NCBI GenBank assembly: GCA_951406725.2
Contig: OX597817.1
Location: 128,402,001-128,466,000, forward strand
Length of the DNA stretch: 64,000 bases
Direction of reading: 5' to 3'
DNA from: Octopus vulgaris
Taxonomy: Eukaryota
Part shown: positions 51,670-63,845 of the stretch, in pieces
Position numbering within the stretch: position 1 is the first letter of the stretch
Layout of the letters: each line of letters starts with the position of its first letter
The notes under the pieces: model-generated
The model's input: the letters and a program-made list of their open reading frames with translations, nothing else
The model's database searches: none
What the model was told of the DNA's origin: nothing
Translations under genes and position numbers: made by a program

Positions 51670-52139
51670 CTCCCTGGTCTCCGAGGTGCCCACTCTATCG
51701 CTTAATGTTCACTCTAAAGACACTTCGATGGAACCCCATTTCGGCCGCTTGTATTCGCGATCGTATCCTTCTGGTCATTAACCAAGATACCTAACCATAT
51801 GTAAGGTTAGGTACGAACACCGAACTGACTTATATATCGACATCACTTCTTCTCGTGACCGAGTGCTGCGTCTGGCGCATTACAGTTGTATACGGACACT
51901 CGCATAAAAACCAACAGAAAGATTAAGGATATGCTTTCAAACAAAAGAAAAGAGCTCTAATCACATTTGTTAGAGTTATGAATATATATTAACAGTTTCA
52001 CCAAACAAGAGTGTTATTTCTCACCTCTCCGACACATTAAGCGATGCGATTCTGAGTGAATCCTCAAATACATAACTCATATATACATACGTACATACAT
52101 ACATATATGCATATCAAATTACATATATTTTACATGTAT

Positions 52140-52710
52140 TTCTTTTCTACTGTAGGCACAAGTCCCGAAATTTGGGGGGAGGGACTAGTCGATTAGATCG
52201 ACCCCAGTATGCAACTGGTACTTAATTTTTCGACCCCGAAAACATGAGAGGCAAATCGACCTCTGAGGAATTTGAACTTAGAACGTAAACACAGACGCAA
52301 TATCTATTTCTTTACTACCCACAAGGGGCTAAACACAGAGGGGACAAACAATGTCATGCCTACAAAGGGGTAAATATTATTTTTGATCCGCAAGAAATAG
52401 TTCAATATCCAGCAGAATTTTAAAATTCCTTTGAACCTTCAGGTGTACTACTATGCAGATATCAGCTAAATATTGGACATCAAATAACGTCGCAATGTAT
52501 TTTAAACCAGCAGAAATTACGCAAGTGGACAAGATTAATGATTAAGTCGATTACTTCGACCCCAGTGCATAACTGGTACTTAATTTATCGACCTCGAAAG
52601 GATGAAAGGCAAAGTCGAGCTCGGCAGAATTTGAACTCAGAACGTAACGACAGTCGAAATACCGCTGAGCATTTCGCCCGGCCTGCTAACAGTTCTGCCA
52701 GCTCACCACC
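52140..52710 (-). mobile_element. Two tandem family A SINEs; the second carries a ~190-bp Helitron-helicase-derived insert (52351-52539)
   Basis: The SINE tail breaks after 'ggacaaacaa' and resumes at 'gattaagtcgatt'. The insert translates EIVQYPAEF*NSFEPSGVLLCRYQLNIG...WTRLM (Pif1 YPxEFLNSLxPxG). Confidence 0.75.
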
Positions 52711-52808
52711 TTCATGTGCGTATTTATATTGAGGACATTTTATTTTACACATGAATCTAACGCATGTATGTAATATGATACATATATACGCAATATTACA
52801 TATATATG

Positions 52809-54164
52809 CAGGTATACCTTACCCTACGTCGTTAATTGGTTCGAGGAGACACGACTTAAATCGAAAAACGACTTAATTCGAATTAACTTGTGTCTTGGCT
52901 AGTTTTAGGCCGAATTTACTTGGCTCTAGGCTAAACCGATGATAACCATTCCCAGTTTTGTACTTTATTTATGAATGCATTTTCAATTTCAATAATACAT
53001 GGTTAATAAAAACCTATTTTAAGCTTACAAACAAATATTTTTTTTAAATTTTTTAATACTGTACAGTAAAAAAAAGGAATTTAAATTTACGAATACAATT
53101 TGGTGGTGTTTACCGTACATCGCGGACGCTTTGTTTAGGAATGCAGTTTGCAATATGATATGGTAAAATAAAAGCTTTTTTTTTAAGCTTAAAAAAGTAA
53201 TTCAGTAATTGTTATTATTTTGCAATAGTAAAAGCACTAAATTATTCTAAATTTACCAATACGTACATACAATTTGGCGGTTTACATCGTGGATGTAGAT
53301 GGCTAGGATCATCAACATCAACAACTGACTCTGGCTGTTCTTGTTCGATGCGCTTAAAAACCGGTTGAGAGTTCCTGGAACTGTCTTCTTCTTTTCCTCA
53401 AGGAGTACATTATAAGGAGCAAAATCTTTGTGACAAGCCCCCATAATTTTGGGAAAACGTTGATCATTTGGATCCATATCTTCGAATATAGAAAGAACTT
53501 TTTCAATATATGCAAATACGACTGGCTCTTCTTCTTTATTTTGCTGCTCGGGAAGCTCAATCAAATCCTCTTTGTTAAAGGCTGCTTGTCTTTTTAAAAT
53601 AAATCTGTGAAATCCTCCTCCAAATCCTTTTCCAGTTCTTTGTTCGTAGTCAACAGCGTTTTGTTGATGGCAACATTATCAAACCCCATAAAATCAGTTT
53701 ATCTTCCAGCGTTATAGCATGAAGCTTATGAATTTTCTTAGAAGCCATGGGAGCAAAAATTAAAGTAAAAAATGAATGAGAATGAGACAGCAGCCGATAA
53801 ACATACGCAAATAAATTTGAATTTAAAATAATTGCGGGAATCACGAGTGACAACGGCGCCTAACGGTAGATATTGGAACTACAGTGCAATATGAGCACTG
53901 AAAATCCGATTAATAAGACAACACAGCTGATTTCATGATTTCGTTCACTAAGCTACACTACTTTATGGTGTGTATCTTAACATTTTATATGCATTTATTC
54001 TTATTTATTGTACAGTAACATGATTTTATGTGCTTCTAACGGTTTTCTATTGATTTAACGATTCCAGTATTTGTGGTGGGCAGACGTAAAATGACTTAAT
54101 TTCCAAATATTAATTTTTGAAAACCAACGTATAATCGAGAACAACTTAAGCCGAGGTATGCCTG
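52809..54164 (-). mobile_element. Tigger/pogo-like DNA transposon deletion derivative
   Basis: Imperfect TIRs CAGGTATACCT... / ...AGGTATGCCTG-TA. N-terminal MASKKIHKLHAITLEDKL and C-terminal FEDMDPNDQRF...YNVLLEEKKK..TL.RF are typical of Tigger transposases; the DDE core is missing. Confidence 0.7.
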
Positions 54165-54237
54165 TATATACATACATATATCATATATATACATACATAT
54201 ATATATACATATATACATGTATATATGTATATGTATG

Positions 54238-54268
<31 letters not shown>

Positions 54269-54607
54269 TCTTTTACTTGTTTCCGTCATTTGACTGTTGC
54301 CATGCTAGAGCACCACCTTTAGCCGAGCACATCGAACCCCAGAGCTTATTGTTTGTAAGCCTAGTACTTGTTTGAGGCGACAAACACAGACACACAAACA
54401 TATACACATACAGACACACACACACAAATATATATACATATACAACGAGTTTCTTTCAGTTTCCGTCTACCAAATCTATTCACAAGGCTTTGGTCGGTCC
54501 GAGGCTATAGTAGAAGACATTTGCACAAGGTGTCACGCAGTGTGACTGAACCCAGGACCATGTGAGGGGGTAAACAAGCTACTTGCCACACAACCACTCC
54601 TGCGCCT
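54269..54607 (-). mobile_element. Family B (CORE-like) SINE
   Basis: Minus-strand head AGGCGCAGGAGTGGTTGTGTGGCAAGTAGC...GGTTCAGTC; tail AAGTAAAAGA. Confidence 0.8.
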
Positions 54608-54611
54608 ATAT

Positions 54612-54665
<54 letters not shown>

Positions 54666-55077
54666 ATGTATGTATATGTATATATAATCATATCATATCA
54701 AATCACATACACACACACACACACATATATATATATAGTATACACAATATACACGCACATACACATATACGTGTACATGCATGCGAACACACAAACACAG
54801 ATGTATTTCGTTTTGGCGGTTTTCATTTTCCTTTTAACGTTGAAGTAATAGATATTAATAGATATCCAATAGCTTCACGCTTAACTGATTGTCATTTTAC
54901 TTTATTATACCTTGCTTTTGTATCGGGTCTTGCTTTTGTATCGGGTTGCCAATACAAGTTTCAGTATTGTACTTATTGATTTACATATTTGTTTAGTCAG
55001 AGATAAATGTCTTTCTAGTTCGGATATATGTGTGTATATTCACCTATGTACGTATGTGTGTGTTTGTAGATATATGC

Positions 55078-55178
<101 letters not shown>

Positions 55179-55851
55179 TATATGTATATATACATACATA
55201 TACACACAAATGCACACGCGCGCACACACACACACATACACACACACATATATATTATTGGTTTCTGTCTTTCAGTTAAAGAATATACGTAAATATATCG
55301 GCCACACTGGGGTGCCATATGTGTGTGTATTTCTGTGTATGTGTGCGTGTACCTGTGCTTGTGTGTGCATGCGTGTGTGCACGCATGCGTGTGTGTGTGT
55401 GCGTCTGTGTATATGTATGTGTTTCATACACACACCTACACACATTCTCTTACCTGTTGTAATACCCTATTCTTATGATTATGTTATTGTCAAGCCGTAG
55501 GTCAACAGGGTTCGGATCAAACAATTAGGAAAGACGTTTCAGTCGTGACCATCGCGTTTGGCTTTATTCTGACATGAAATTCGTCGTCTTTATCCTCCTC
55601 CTCCTCTTCCTCGTCCTTTTCCTGGTCGGCGAGTGTTCGTATTGCGGCAGAGTTTTTCACCAATCCTTTCACCCCCACCATCACCACCGCCGCCGCCGCC
55701 GCCACAACCACACAAAAGAACCCCTTCAAATTGCACTTACAAGCATAAAGGCATGTGTTGCAATCGCCGTTGTCAGAAATAATCGGTTCTTTTCAGGATC
55801 TACACTATTTTTTTTTCTCTGCAAATGTCAAAGACCTTTCATTTTCAGATA

Positions 55852-56306
55852 TCTCTCTGTATATTTCTCTCTGTATATAAACGGCAGTTTGTCTTTCTGT
55901 GTGTCTGTGTGTCTGTCAGGTTTGTACCCTCACCCTGACCACGGCTTTCAACCGATTCTGATGAAACTTGACACACACATAGCCCAATGCCATAATTCAA
56001 AACTAACGCAGCGAAAATTTTGAAAAGTTCCCCCAGTTCTGAAAAAAATCGATAAATTCGACATGGGGTCGAGAATTTAAGCTTTTTATATGCAACACAT
56101 TTTCTGTCTAGGGGACACAACTCGACCTTTTTATTGCCCAAAGGGACAGATAGGAACATCGTATACACAGAAGTATTCGAGTGAAGAGAAGACATTGCAA
56201 CCTACACATGTGCCTTCGTTCCCTAGAGGAAAAGGACTAGATTGGGATTAGTCGTTGCCTACTAGGGGCTCTTACATACCCGGGCAACGCCGGGCTATGC
56301 TGCTAG
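55852..56306 (+). mobile_element. Non-autonomous Helitron of a third family
   Basis: 5' A|TCTCTCTGTATAT..AAACGGCAG; body 'ccgattctgatgaaacttgacacac'; 3' CCCGGGCAACGCCGGG hairpin plus CTATGCTG-CTAG|T. Confidence 0.8.
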
Positions 56307-56319
56307 TAGTATATATTTG

Positions 56320-56618
56320 TAAAGGCGCATTGCTTACTGGATGGAGTATTCGGCTCACTGGCGTTAGGTCATCAGTTTGATCACCGGTGGCGCGTTGTAT
56401 CCTTCAGCAAGATACCTATTTCATGTTACTCCAGTTCACTCACATGATAAAAATGAATTGTACCTGTAATGCAAAGGGCCAGCTTTGTCATGCTGTATCT
56501 CCCTAAGAAATGCTAAGGGTACGCGTGTCCGTGGAGTAGTCAGTCACTTACACAAGTAGGCTGTTCCGTTGACCGGATCAACTCCAACACATGTTGCCGT
56601 AACCGATGGAGCGCCAGT
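56320..56618 (+). mobile_element. Family C tRNA-derived SINE; related pieces at ~2100-2230, 6440-6620, 8410-8510, 13628-13770, 29185-29400 and 62142-62350
   Basis: Shared 'ggcgca(t)..ctta.tgg', 'gttgt.t.ctt.agcaa.ac', 'cagtcacttacac' and 'gttgaccggat.aact' blocks. Confidence 0.6.
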
Positions 56619-57157
56619 ATATTTTTTAATACAATATGTTCCTATGAAAAGGATGTGGTTTCAAAGAGTTTGACTGTTTTTCGTAAGATATCGAATAAAA
56701 TCTCTCTCAATACGTTCGTCTCTATTTCAATACATCGCGAATCATTTTTCGTTTCTCATGATTGCTGCGCTTGCGAACTTGCCAATGTCTGCCCGCAGAA
56801 TATATTTAAAGGTGATGATGCCATAAAACTCTCTTGGCGGCTGAACAGTTGTCATAGTTTTAGTTTCTTTGGTTAAATATATTCAATGAGAATATTATAT
56901 ACTGAATTTATATTGAGTGCTTAATTGTAGCAAAGTTTTAATACTATTAAAGTATTTATATATTTAATACGAGCGATTATTATGGATTATTGAAGAAGAA
57001 TAACCAAGGAAGTATATATGGATTTAAAGACTCTAATCAAAAGCAGTAATTTTTAATCTTTAATTTATCTTTCAAACAAACACAGTTTTATAGTTTTACT
57101 TCAAATTAAAAAAACAAGAAACTACCATTCGATATGTTATACAGAATTCAAATTTTA

Positions 57158-57249
57158 TATCTCTGAAGAGCAGAAGCGTTGTCTATAAATGCTTATCAAT
57201 ATAGGATTTCATTGTAGGGACAACTCTTCTGCGAAACGATCGTAAGATA
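57158..57249 (+). ncRNA. Type I hammerhead ribozyme (predicted cleavage after GUA at 57244)
   Basis: Stem I TATCT(57158-62)/AGATA(57245-49); CTGAAGA 57163-69; stem II GCAGAAG-C-GTTGTC...GACAAC-T-CTTCTGC; GAAA 57233-36; palindromic stem III ACGATCGT; GTA triplet. Confidence 0.82.
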
Positions 57250-57429
57250 CTTTAACTAATTAATTCAAAACTTTTAAACCTTTAAACTGTCATAAACATT
57301 ACATATTTATACTTATACATATTTACATATATTTTTATACATATTTCTATTTATTTATTTATTTTTAATACAAAAATCATTTTTCACACGGGTATATCTT
57401 CTGAGGAGTTTTGATATTGATTTCCTAAT

Positions 57430-57518
<89 letters not shown>

Positions 57519-58036
57519 TTCTGTTTCTGACATATACCGCTTATTATTGGCATTGTAACTGTTATTGTGACTGCTTTTGTTGTTATTGTTATTACCATTG
57601 AGCCTACATCGCCTTCTAGTAGTTTATTTCCTCCTCTCCGTTCTTCTGTCTATATATGTGTGTCTGCCTGATTCTATCTTGCGGTGAGGAGTGGTGAACA
57701 GCGCCCTCCTATCGTCAATCATCTATCCATATTCTTTTTCTTTTAACATCAGAACATTGGGCTTACAATCTTGAGGGCGTGAGTCCGATTCCCAGATCGA
57801 GTTGTGCATGCGTTCTTGAGCAAGACATTTTATCTCATAATGCTCCAGTTAACCGACGTTATTCGAGGGAAAGGCCGATACGGTTTGGTACCAGTGACGT
57901 TTCAACTAATTTTACAGCTGTGTGAACTTGAGTTAGGTGAAATGTCTTGTTCCCAGTGCGGGAATCGAACTCACTACCATATGATTATGAGCCCGAAGCT
58001 GTAACCACTGAGCCATGTGCCTAACGGAAAAATAGA

Positions 58037-58089
<53 letters not shown>

Positions 58090-58875
58090 GTGTGGGCACA
58101 TATATATATACACATACATTCATACATATCATATATATATTGTTTTATATATATTAGCAAAAATATTACAAAATTATGAATTCATGAAACGCATTACAAA
58201 TTTTCAGAGATCAGTAAAAGTGCCTGGCCAGTTTGTAAATTTCGTTATCAGTCAAAAATTAATTTCTTACGAGTTTGGTTCTTTTTGTCGTTGTCACATT
58301 TTATTTTTATGTAGTTTTTAACATGTTTCTACAAAATTGAAAAGAAATTGTATATTACATTATATAAAATCAGATGAAATTCGGTAAAAAGTGGTCATTT
58401 TGCAGGTCGAACGTAACTTCATCGAATGGATATGAAAATGAAACTACATCTTAATAAAAATATGAACCAAAACGCTCCTTGTTTTTATGCTATGGATACA
58501 CTATAGTAGGTAAGGGAGCAAAAGAAACGACACCTATACACACCTATGATGTCATTCGGTGTATATAATGTCACCTAGTATATACAGTGTCACCTCGCAT
58601 ACATGTCATCTAGTATATATAATGTCATCTCGTATACAGTATATAAGTACGTGTGTGCGTGTATGTACGCATGTATGTATGTATGTATGTATGTATGTAT
58701 GTATGTATGTATGTATGTATGTATGTATGTATGTATGCATGTACGCATGCATGTATGTAGATATGTATGTATGCATGCATGTATGTATGTATATAAATAT
58801 ATATACGTATATGTATGTGCATATCTATATTTATATACGTATATATATATATATATATACGTATATATATATATT

Positions 58876-58921
<46 letters not shown>

Positions 58922-59063
58922 TATATAACATATACGTATTCATATATATTTATATGTATATATATATATATATATATTTACATACACATATACGCACATT
59001 TATATGTATGTATATTTAGAATGTTGCTAATTACAAAGTGGCAATATATATTATATGGGCTAG

Positions 59064-59118
<55 letters not shown>

Positions 59119-60149
59119 ATATACACTAGCCCATATGATATATATTAAGTGACATTTTGTAATTAGCAACGTTGTAAACATACGCACATTTATATAAATA
59201 TATATGTGTGTATATGTGTGTATGTGTGTGTATATATTTATATGTAATATATATATATATGTGTGTGTAATATATATATATATATTGCATATAAATATAT
59301 ACACATAGATACAGACACACACACACACATACACACACACACACACTCACATATATATATGGACTGTCCTTGATTCTAAAGTTCACGTAATCAGCTGAAG
59401 AAAACGGTTTTTATAATGATAAAATATACTCATTTATCAATTAGAAACAGCCATAACGAATTGACACCTGTCCTTCAATTGTTATTTATATTTTATTCAC
59501 CTCTCTTGGAACATGCCCTTCGCAAATTCTGAAGTATGTTATGGGCGGTATATTTAATAAAATGTAAATGTCTCAAAAGCTCAGGAGTAGATTATATACT
59601 CAGGTGGATCAAATTGGCTGTATGTACTACAGGAATATCATCCTGACCGTACTACTGTATCAAACTTGACATTTACATTGTATTGTTGTGTGTGTATATT
59701 ATTCCAACTTAGTTGCCTCAACTTAAGTACCCAAGTCAAATGAATGTTATGTACACACGCAAACACACAGACACACGCGCGCACACACAATAATTGTGGC
59801 TTGTTAGCAATTTTTCAACCGAAAGGCAAAAATATATACGTCACTAAAGCGACGAAGGGCGCTATTCAGCACCAGTATTGCTAGAAATAAGAGTCAAAAC
59901 AATTAATAGCCACAATTACTGACAAGGATGACAAGCTTCCTAAGCACCGGACATAGCCAGATCACCAGAGATTTTGCGTTGACATTAACGTTCCTCAGTA
60001 GCGCTCACCGGCGCCTTGTGTTAAATTCAACTCGCCTTGTCCGCTTATAAGATCACTGTAGAAATCATAGGCTGATTTCATAAACGGTATAGGTGTAAAT
60101 TATAAATAATAAGGGTGGCTTGTTAGAAATATTTCAACCGAAAGACAAA

Positions 60150-60355
60150 TTTTGACTGTTGATGTGGGAATTGCGGAAGGTAATTTAGCGCTGGAGAGGA
60201 ATCTTTTGAGGGACTTTGTCTTTTACTTTTGATTATTTTGTGTATTTCGAATGCTTGTTTCATTCTTGGGCCTTGTCTTAGTAGTGGTATTTGCTGGTGG
60301 ATAATATTGTAAACCTCTGTGTTTCTTGAGTTGTGTGTTGTAATAAAGGGCACAT
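60150..60355 (-). pseudogene. Penelope-like element fragment (RT-endonuclease linker)
   Basis: PFITTHNSRNTEVYNIIHQQIPLLRQGPRMKQAFEIHKIIKSKRQSPS resembles the PLE 'PfvttyxP...i...w..L...p...kr..nl' linker. Confidence 0.55.
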
Positions 60356-60560
60356 TAAATTCAGAGTGCCTTGATTGTAACTAAACATGTTCATTCAACT
60401 GTGTCGGCCTACTTTGGGCCATGATTTCCCTATAAAAATACAGCAAGTTTTTCAAACACTACTCAGAAGCAAGACAGCTGTGACATAAGCCACGTCTTTC
60501 TATTTTCAATTTCTATTTTCGTGGTTATATATATATGTGTGTGTATGTGTGTGCGTGTAT

Positions 60561-61665
60561 AGGGGGAGGATTCACAATAAAAAGACGAAAACAGGTGGTG
60601 TAGACAACAAACACGTATTAGTTTAACGCTCGGGAAGTGAAAAAGTCTTTAACGTTTCGAGCCTACGCTCTTCCTCAGAAAGGAACACAGAAGGAAACTG
60701 GGAGAGGAAATAAAGAATGTGCTGTGGCTAGCGATTTAACATGGCGAATGCCGGATAAAGGGGTTACACAGGAGAGCTAGGAAAAAGGGGAAATAATAAT
60801 GTAGTGGTAATCCCAAAACGAAGGTACGCGTGCATGTGTATAAGAGAGCATGTATGCGCGTGTAGAAAAGAGCTAGTGACCTTGACGTGTGCGTGTGTGC
60901 ATGTGTATGTGTGTGGATGATGTTGTGGGGCTGGGAAGTGGTCAGTGCTAGTGTGTGCGTGGTGGTGTGATGCGATGTAGTGTTGTATGGTATAATGTGG
61001 TGTGGTGGTGTGTGGTGTGGTGTGATGGTGTTAGGATGTGGGGGAGGCGAGAGTGGGGAAAGCAAGGGTGGGGTGTGGGTTAGGCTGGGGGTGTAGTAGA
61101 GGTTGGGCATGTGGGAGTGGGTGTAAGGAGTGGGATGGAGGTGGGATGGGATGGATTGTGAAGGTGTGGATGGATTGTGTAGGGGTGGGGTTACGAGCGA
61201 GGATGACGATGAAGAGGATGGGGAAGGAAGAAGGTGGGTAGGAGTGAAGAGAAGAGAGAGTGAGAGTAGGAGTAAAGAGAAGTAGGAGTCGGAGCAAGAG
61301 AGGAGAGGTGGGTGGGAGGAAGTAGGTCTGAGAGGAAGAGAGAAGAGGGGAGGAGGGGAGGAGGGTTAGATGAAGAGGGGAGGAGAGTTGAGCCCATATG
61401 GTACAAAGGAGCGAAGAGAGAAGATTAATCCCTGTTTACAGCGAAGACGGTAGTCCGGTGGCCCCTGTGCAAGGACAATCCGAACACAGGTGTTGCAAAA
61501 AGTAACCGGTAGAGCGGAAATGGCCCGAGACCGAGATGTCATTGGCGAGTCGGATGTCTCGGGTGTGTTCCGCGAACCTGCCAGCCAAGCGGCGTCCCTT
61601 TTGCCCGATATATACAGAAGGGCAGAGAGAGCAGGAGATGCAACATAATGAAGTGACACGGTACG
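60561..61665 (-). mobile_element. Penelope-like element 3' part: GIY-YIG endonuclease remnant plus a tail with a minimal hammerhead (60647-60682)
   Basis: The minus strand gives CISCSLCPSVYIGQKGRRLAGRFAEHTRDIRL..VSGHF...RLRCKQGLIFSLRSFVPYGLNSPPLFI* (stop at 61366). The tail has CTTT-CTGAGGA-A-GAGC gtag GCTC-GAAACGTT-AAAG. Confidence 0.8.
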
Positions 61666-61952
61666 ACTAGTTGTTTCTAATTTAGGCCCGAGGCTAGACA
61701 GAGAATTGATCGATTGCATTGACCTCAGTACGTAGCTAGCATTATATTTTATCAGCACCGAAAGGATGAAAGACAAAGTTGATTTCGGCGAGAATTGAAG
61801 TCGGAACGTAAGGAGGCAGAGCAAAAATAGCAATGCATTTTTCCCGATGGTTTTGCCAATCCATCGTTCCCACTTGTTACTCATAATGTTCAGTAGCAAA
61901 TATGATGTTTCATCCGATACAAAATATCAGCTTTTATTCTTAATACCAGTAC

Positions 61953-61995
<43 letters not shown>

Positions 61996-62379
61996 TATAT
62001 ATAAAAGTATATATACTTATATATATATACACACATATATATGTGTCTATATCTATGTATATATATATGAATATATGCATGTATATATGTATATGTATAT
62101 GTATATATGTATATATATATATACATATATTTGTATATATATGGCTTAGTGGTTATGGTGCTGCACTCACTGCCGCAAAGATCGTGAGCTCATTTCCTAG
62201 ACCAGATGTTGCGTTGTGTTCTTGAGCAAAACAATTCAGCGTGCATCTGCTCAGGTAACGACGATCTGATGGAGAAATTGAGGTAATGTACCGGACATAT
62301 ATTTGATTACTATAAACAAATCACTTGTGCAGGTCTTTCGGCAAAAGACACACATAAATCGTCCTCAATGAGAGAGTCC

Positions 62380-62425
<46 letters not shown>

Positions 62426-62426
62426 G

Positions 62427-62458
<32 letters not shown>

Positions 62459-62462
62459 TATG

Positions 62463-62502
<40 letters not shown>

Positions 62503-62660
62503 TGATATATATATATATATATAATGTTGTCTTAACATTATAAGCCTCTAATAAAGCAACGCACTGGAACCCCACCATACACAACTGCAATATATAAAGT
62601 CTAGTTTTCAACCTCTAGACACGTGCGTCCCACAGGCATCTGCTCAGTATTTCCATACCT

Positions 62661-62890
62661 ATTTCTTTACTACCCACAAGGGGCTAAACACAGAGGGGAC
62701 AAACAAGGACAGACAAACGGATTAAGTCGATTACATCGACCCCAGTGCGTAACTGGTACTTAATTTATCGACCCCGAAAGGATGAAAGGAAAAGTCGACC
62801 TCGGCGGGATTTGAACTCACAACGTAACGGCAGCCGAAATGCCGCAAAGCATTTCGCCCGACGTGCTAACGATTCTGCCAGCTCGCCGCC
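62661..62890 (-). mobile_element. Family A SINE, well-preserved copy
   Basis: Complete unit ending 'ttctgccagctcgccgcc', with the same tail variant as 13241-13466. Confidence 0.88.
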
Positions 62891-63759
62891 TTAAGTTGAT
62901 AATGCTAGACTGTACAACCTCACCCTACTCTACATGTTAATAACTATATATCTGTACATGCACGTCACTGACCGTGTGCACCGAATGGCACTGTCCTTCC
63001 CCTATTCAATTGTGCGTCCTCTGATTTACAGTGATATACTTATTTCGAAGTGCTTACCCAGAATATTTTGAAGCACACTAGGCACCAAACTCAGGCGACG
63101 GGCCTGTATCTGTATGTATATTTTACCTAATGTCTTAATATCACCTCGAATTCATTATGTCATTATTGTAAGCAGTAGATTACTAAACCGGTGATCGATC
63201 ATCCTTTGCTCAATTGCATGGTAGATAAGGACCTATGTGACCGACTTCATTATAGTTTCTACAGCAAACGATCCATGAGCCTCTAACTTAATATAGTCTG
63301 GATAAACTTCAGAGGGATCAAGATGAGGGCCAAAATCTACTCATTTGATAGAGGTACTCTTCTGAATAGAGTCTAGGTTAGATTCAGAGGAACCAAGCTA
63401 GGACCAAAACAGCCCTCATTTTAAAGAGGTACTCATTCTTTGAATGATTTTCTTGGATATTTAGCTATGAAATATTTATTTAGATATCGTTCCACTTTAA
63501 AAAAATTTTGTTTTTGCTAATGACTTGGGTTGCTGTTCCAAACAATGAGGTCATCCATGCTAAAACCGAGGGGCGTTAGTGAGGGAATGTGATTTCAAAT
63601 AACTTCAAATGAAATCGTGTTCAATTGATCCGTCAAGACAAATTGAATTATTGCGGTGTTTAGTTACATCCATTCAGGTTCGCTAGTTTAAACTTGCCGA
63701 CATTAACATTGCTTCTTTTCATTCTTTGGTTATCTGCGATATACATATATAAATATATG

Positions 63760-63813
<54 letters not shown>

Positions 63814-63814
63814 T

Positions 63815-63845
<31 letters not shown>

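Noticed and set aside
59390-59460. CTGAAGA...GAAACAGC motif
   Set aside because: Stems I, II and III do not pair convincingly.
61366-61899. 177-aa minus-strand ORF
   Set aside because: It is a chimera of SINE sequence and a mostly out-of-frame Penelope endonuclease remnant; only the C-terminal ~30 aa are in the true frame.
62800-62890. tRNA-like A/B-box sequences (also in many other copies)
   Set aside because: These are SINE heads continuing into a SINE body and tail; no complete cloverleaf is evident.
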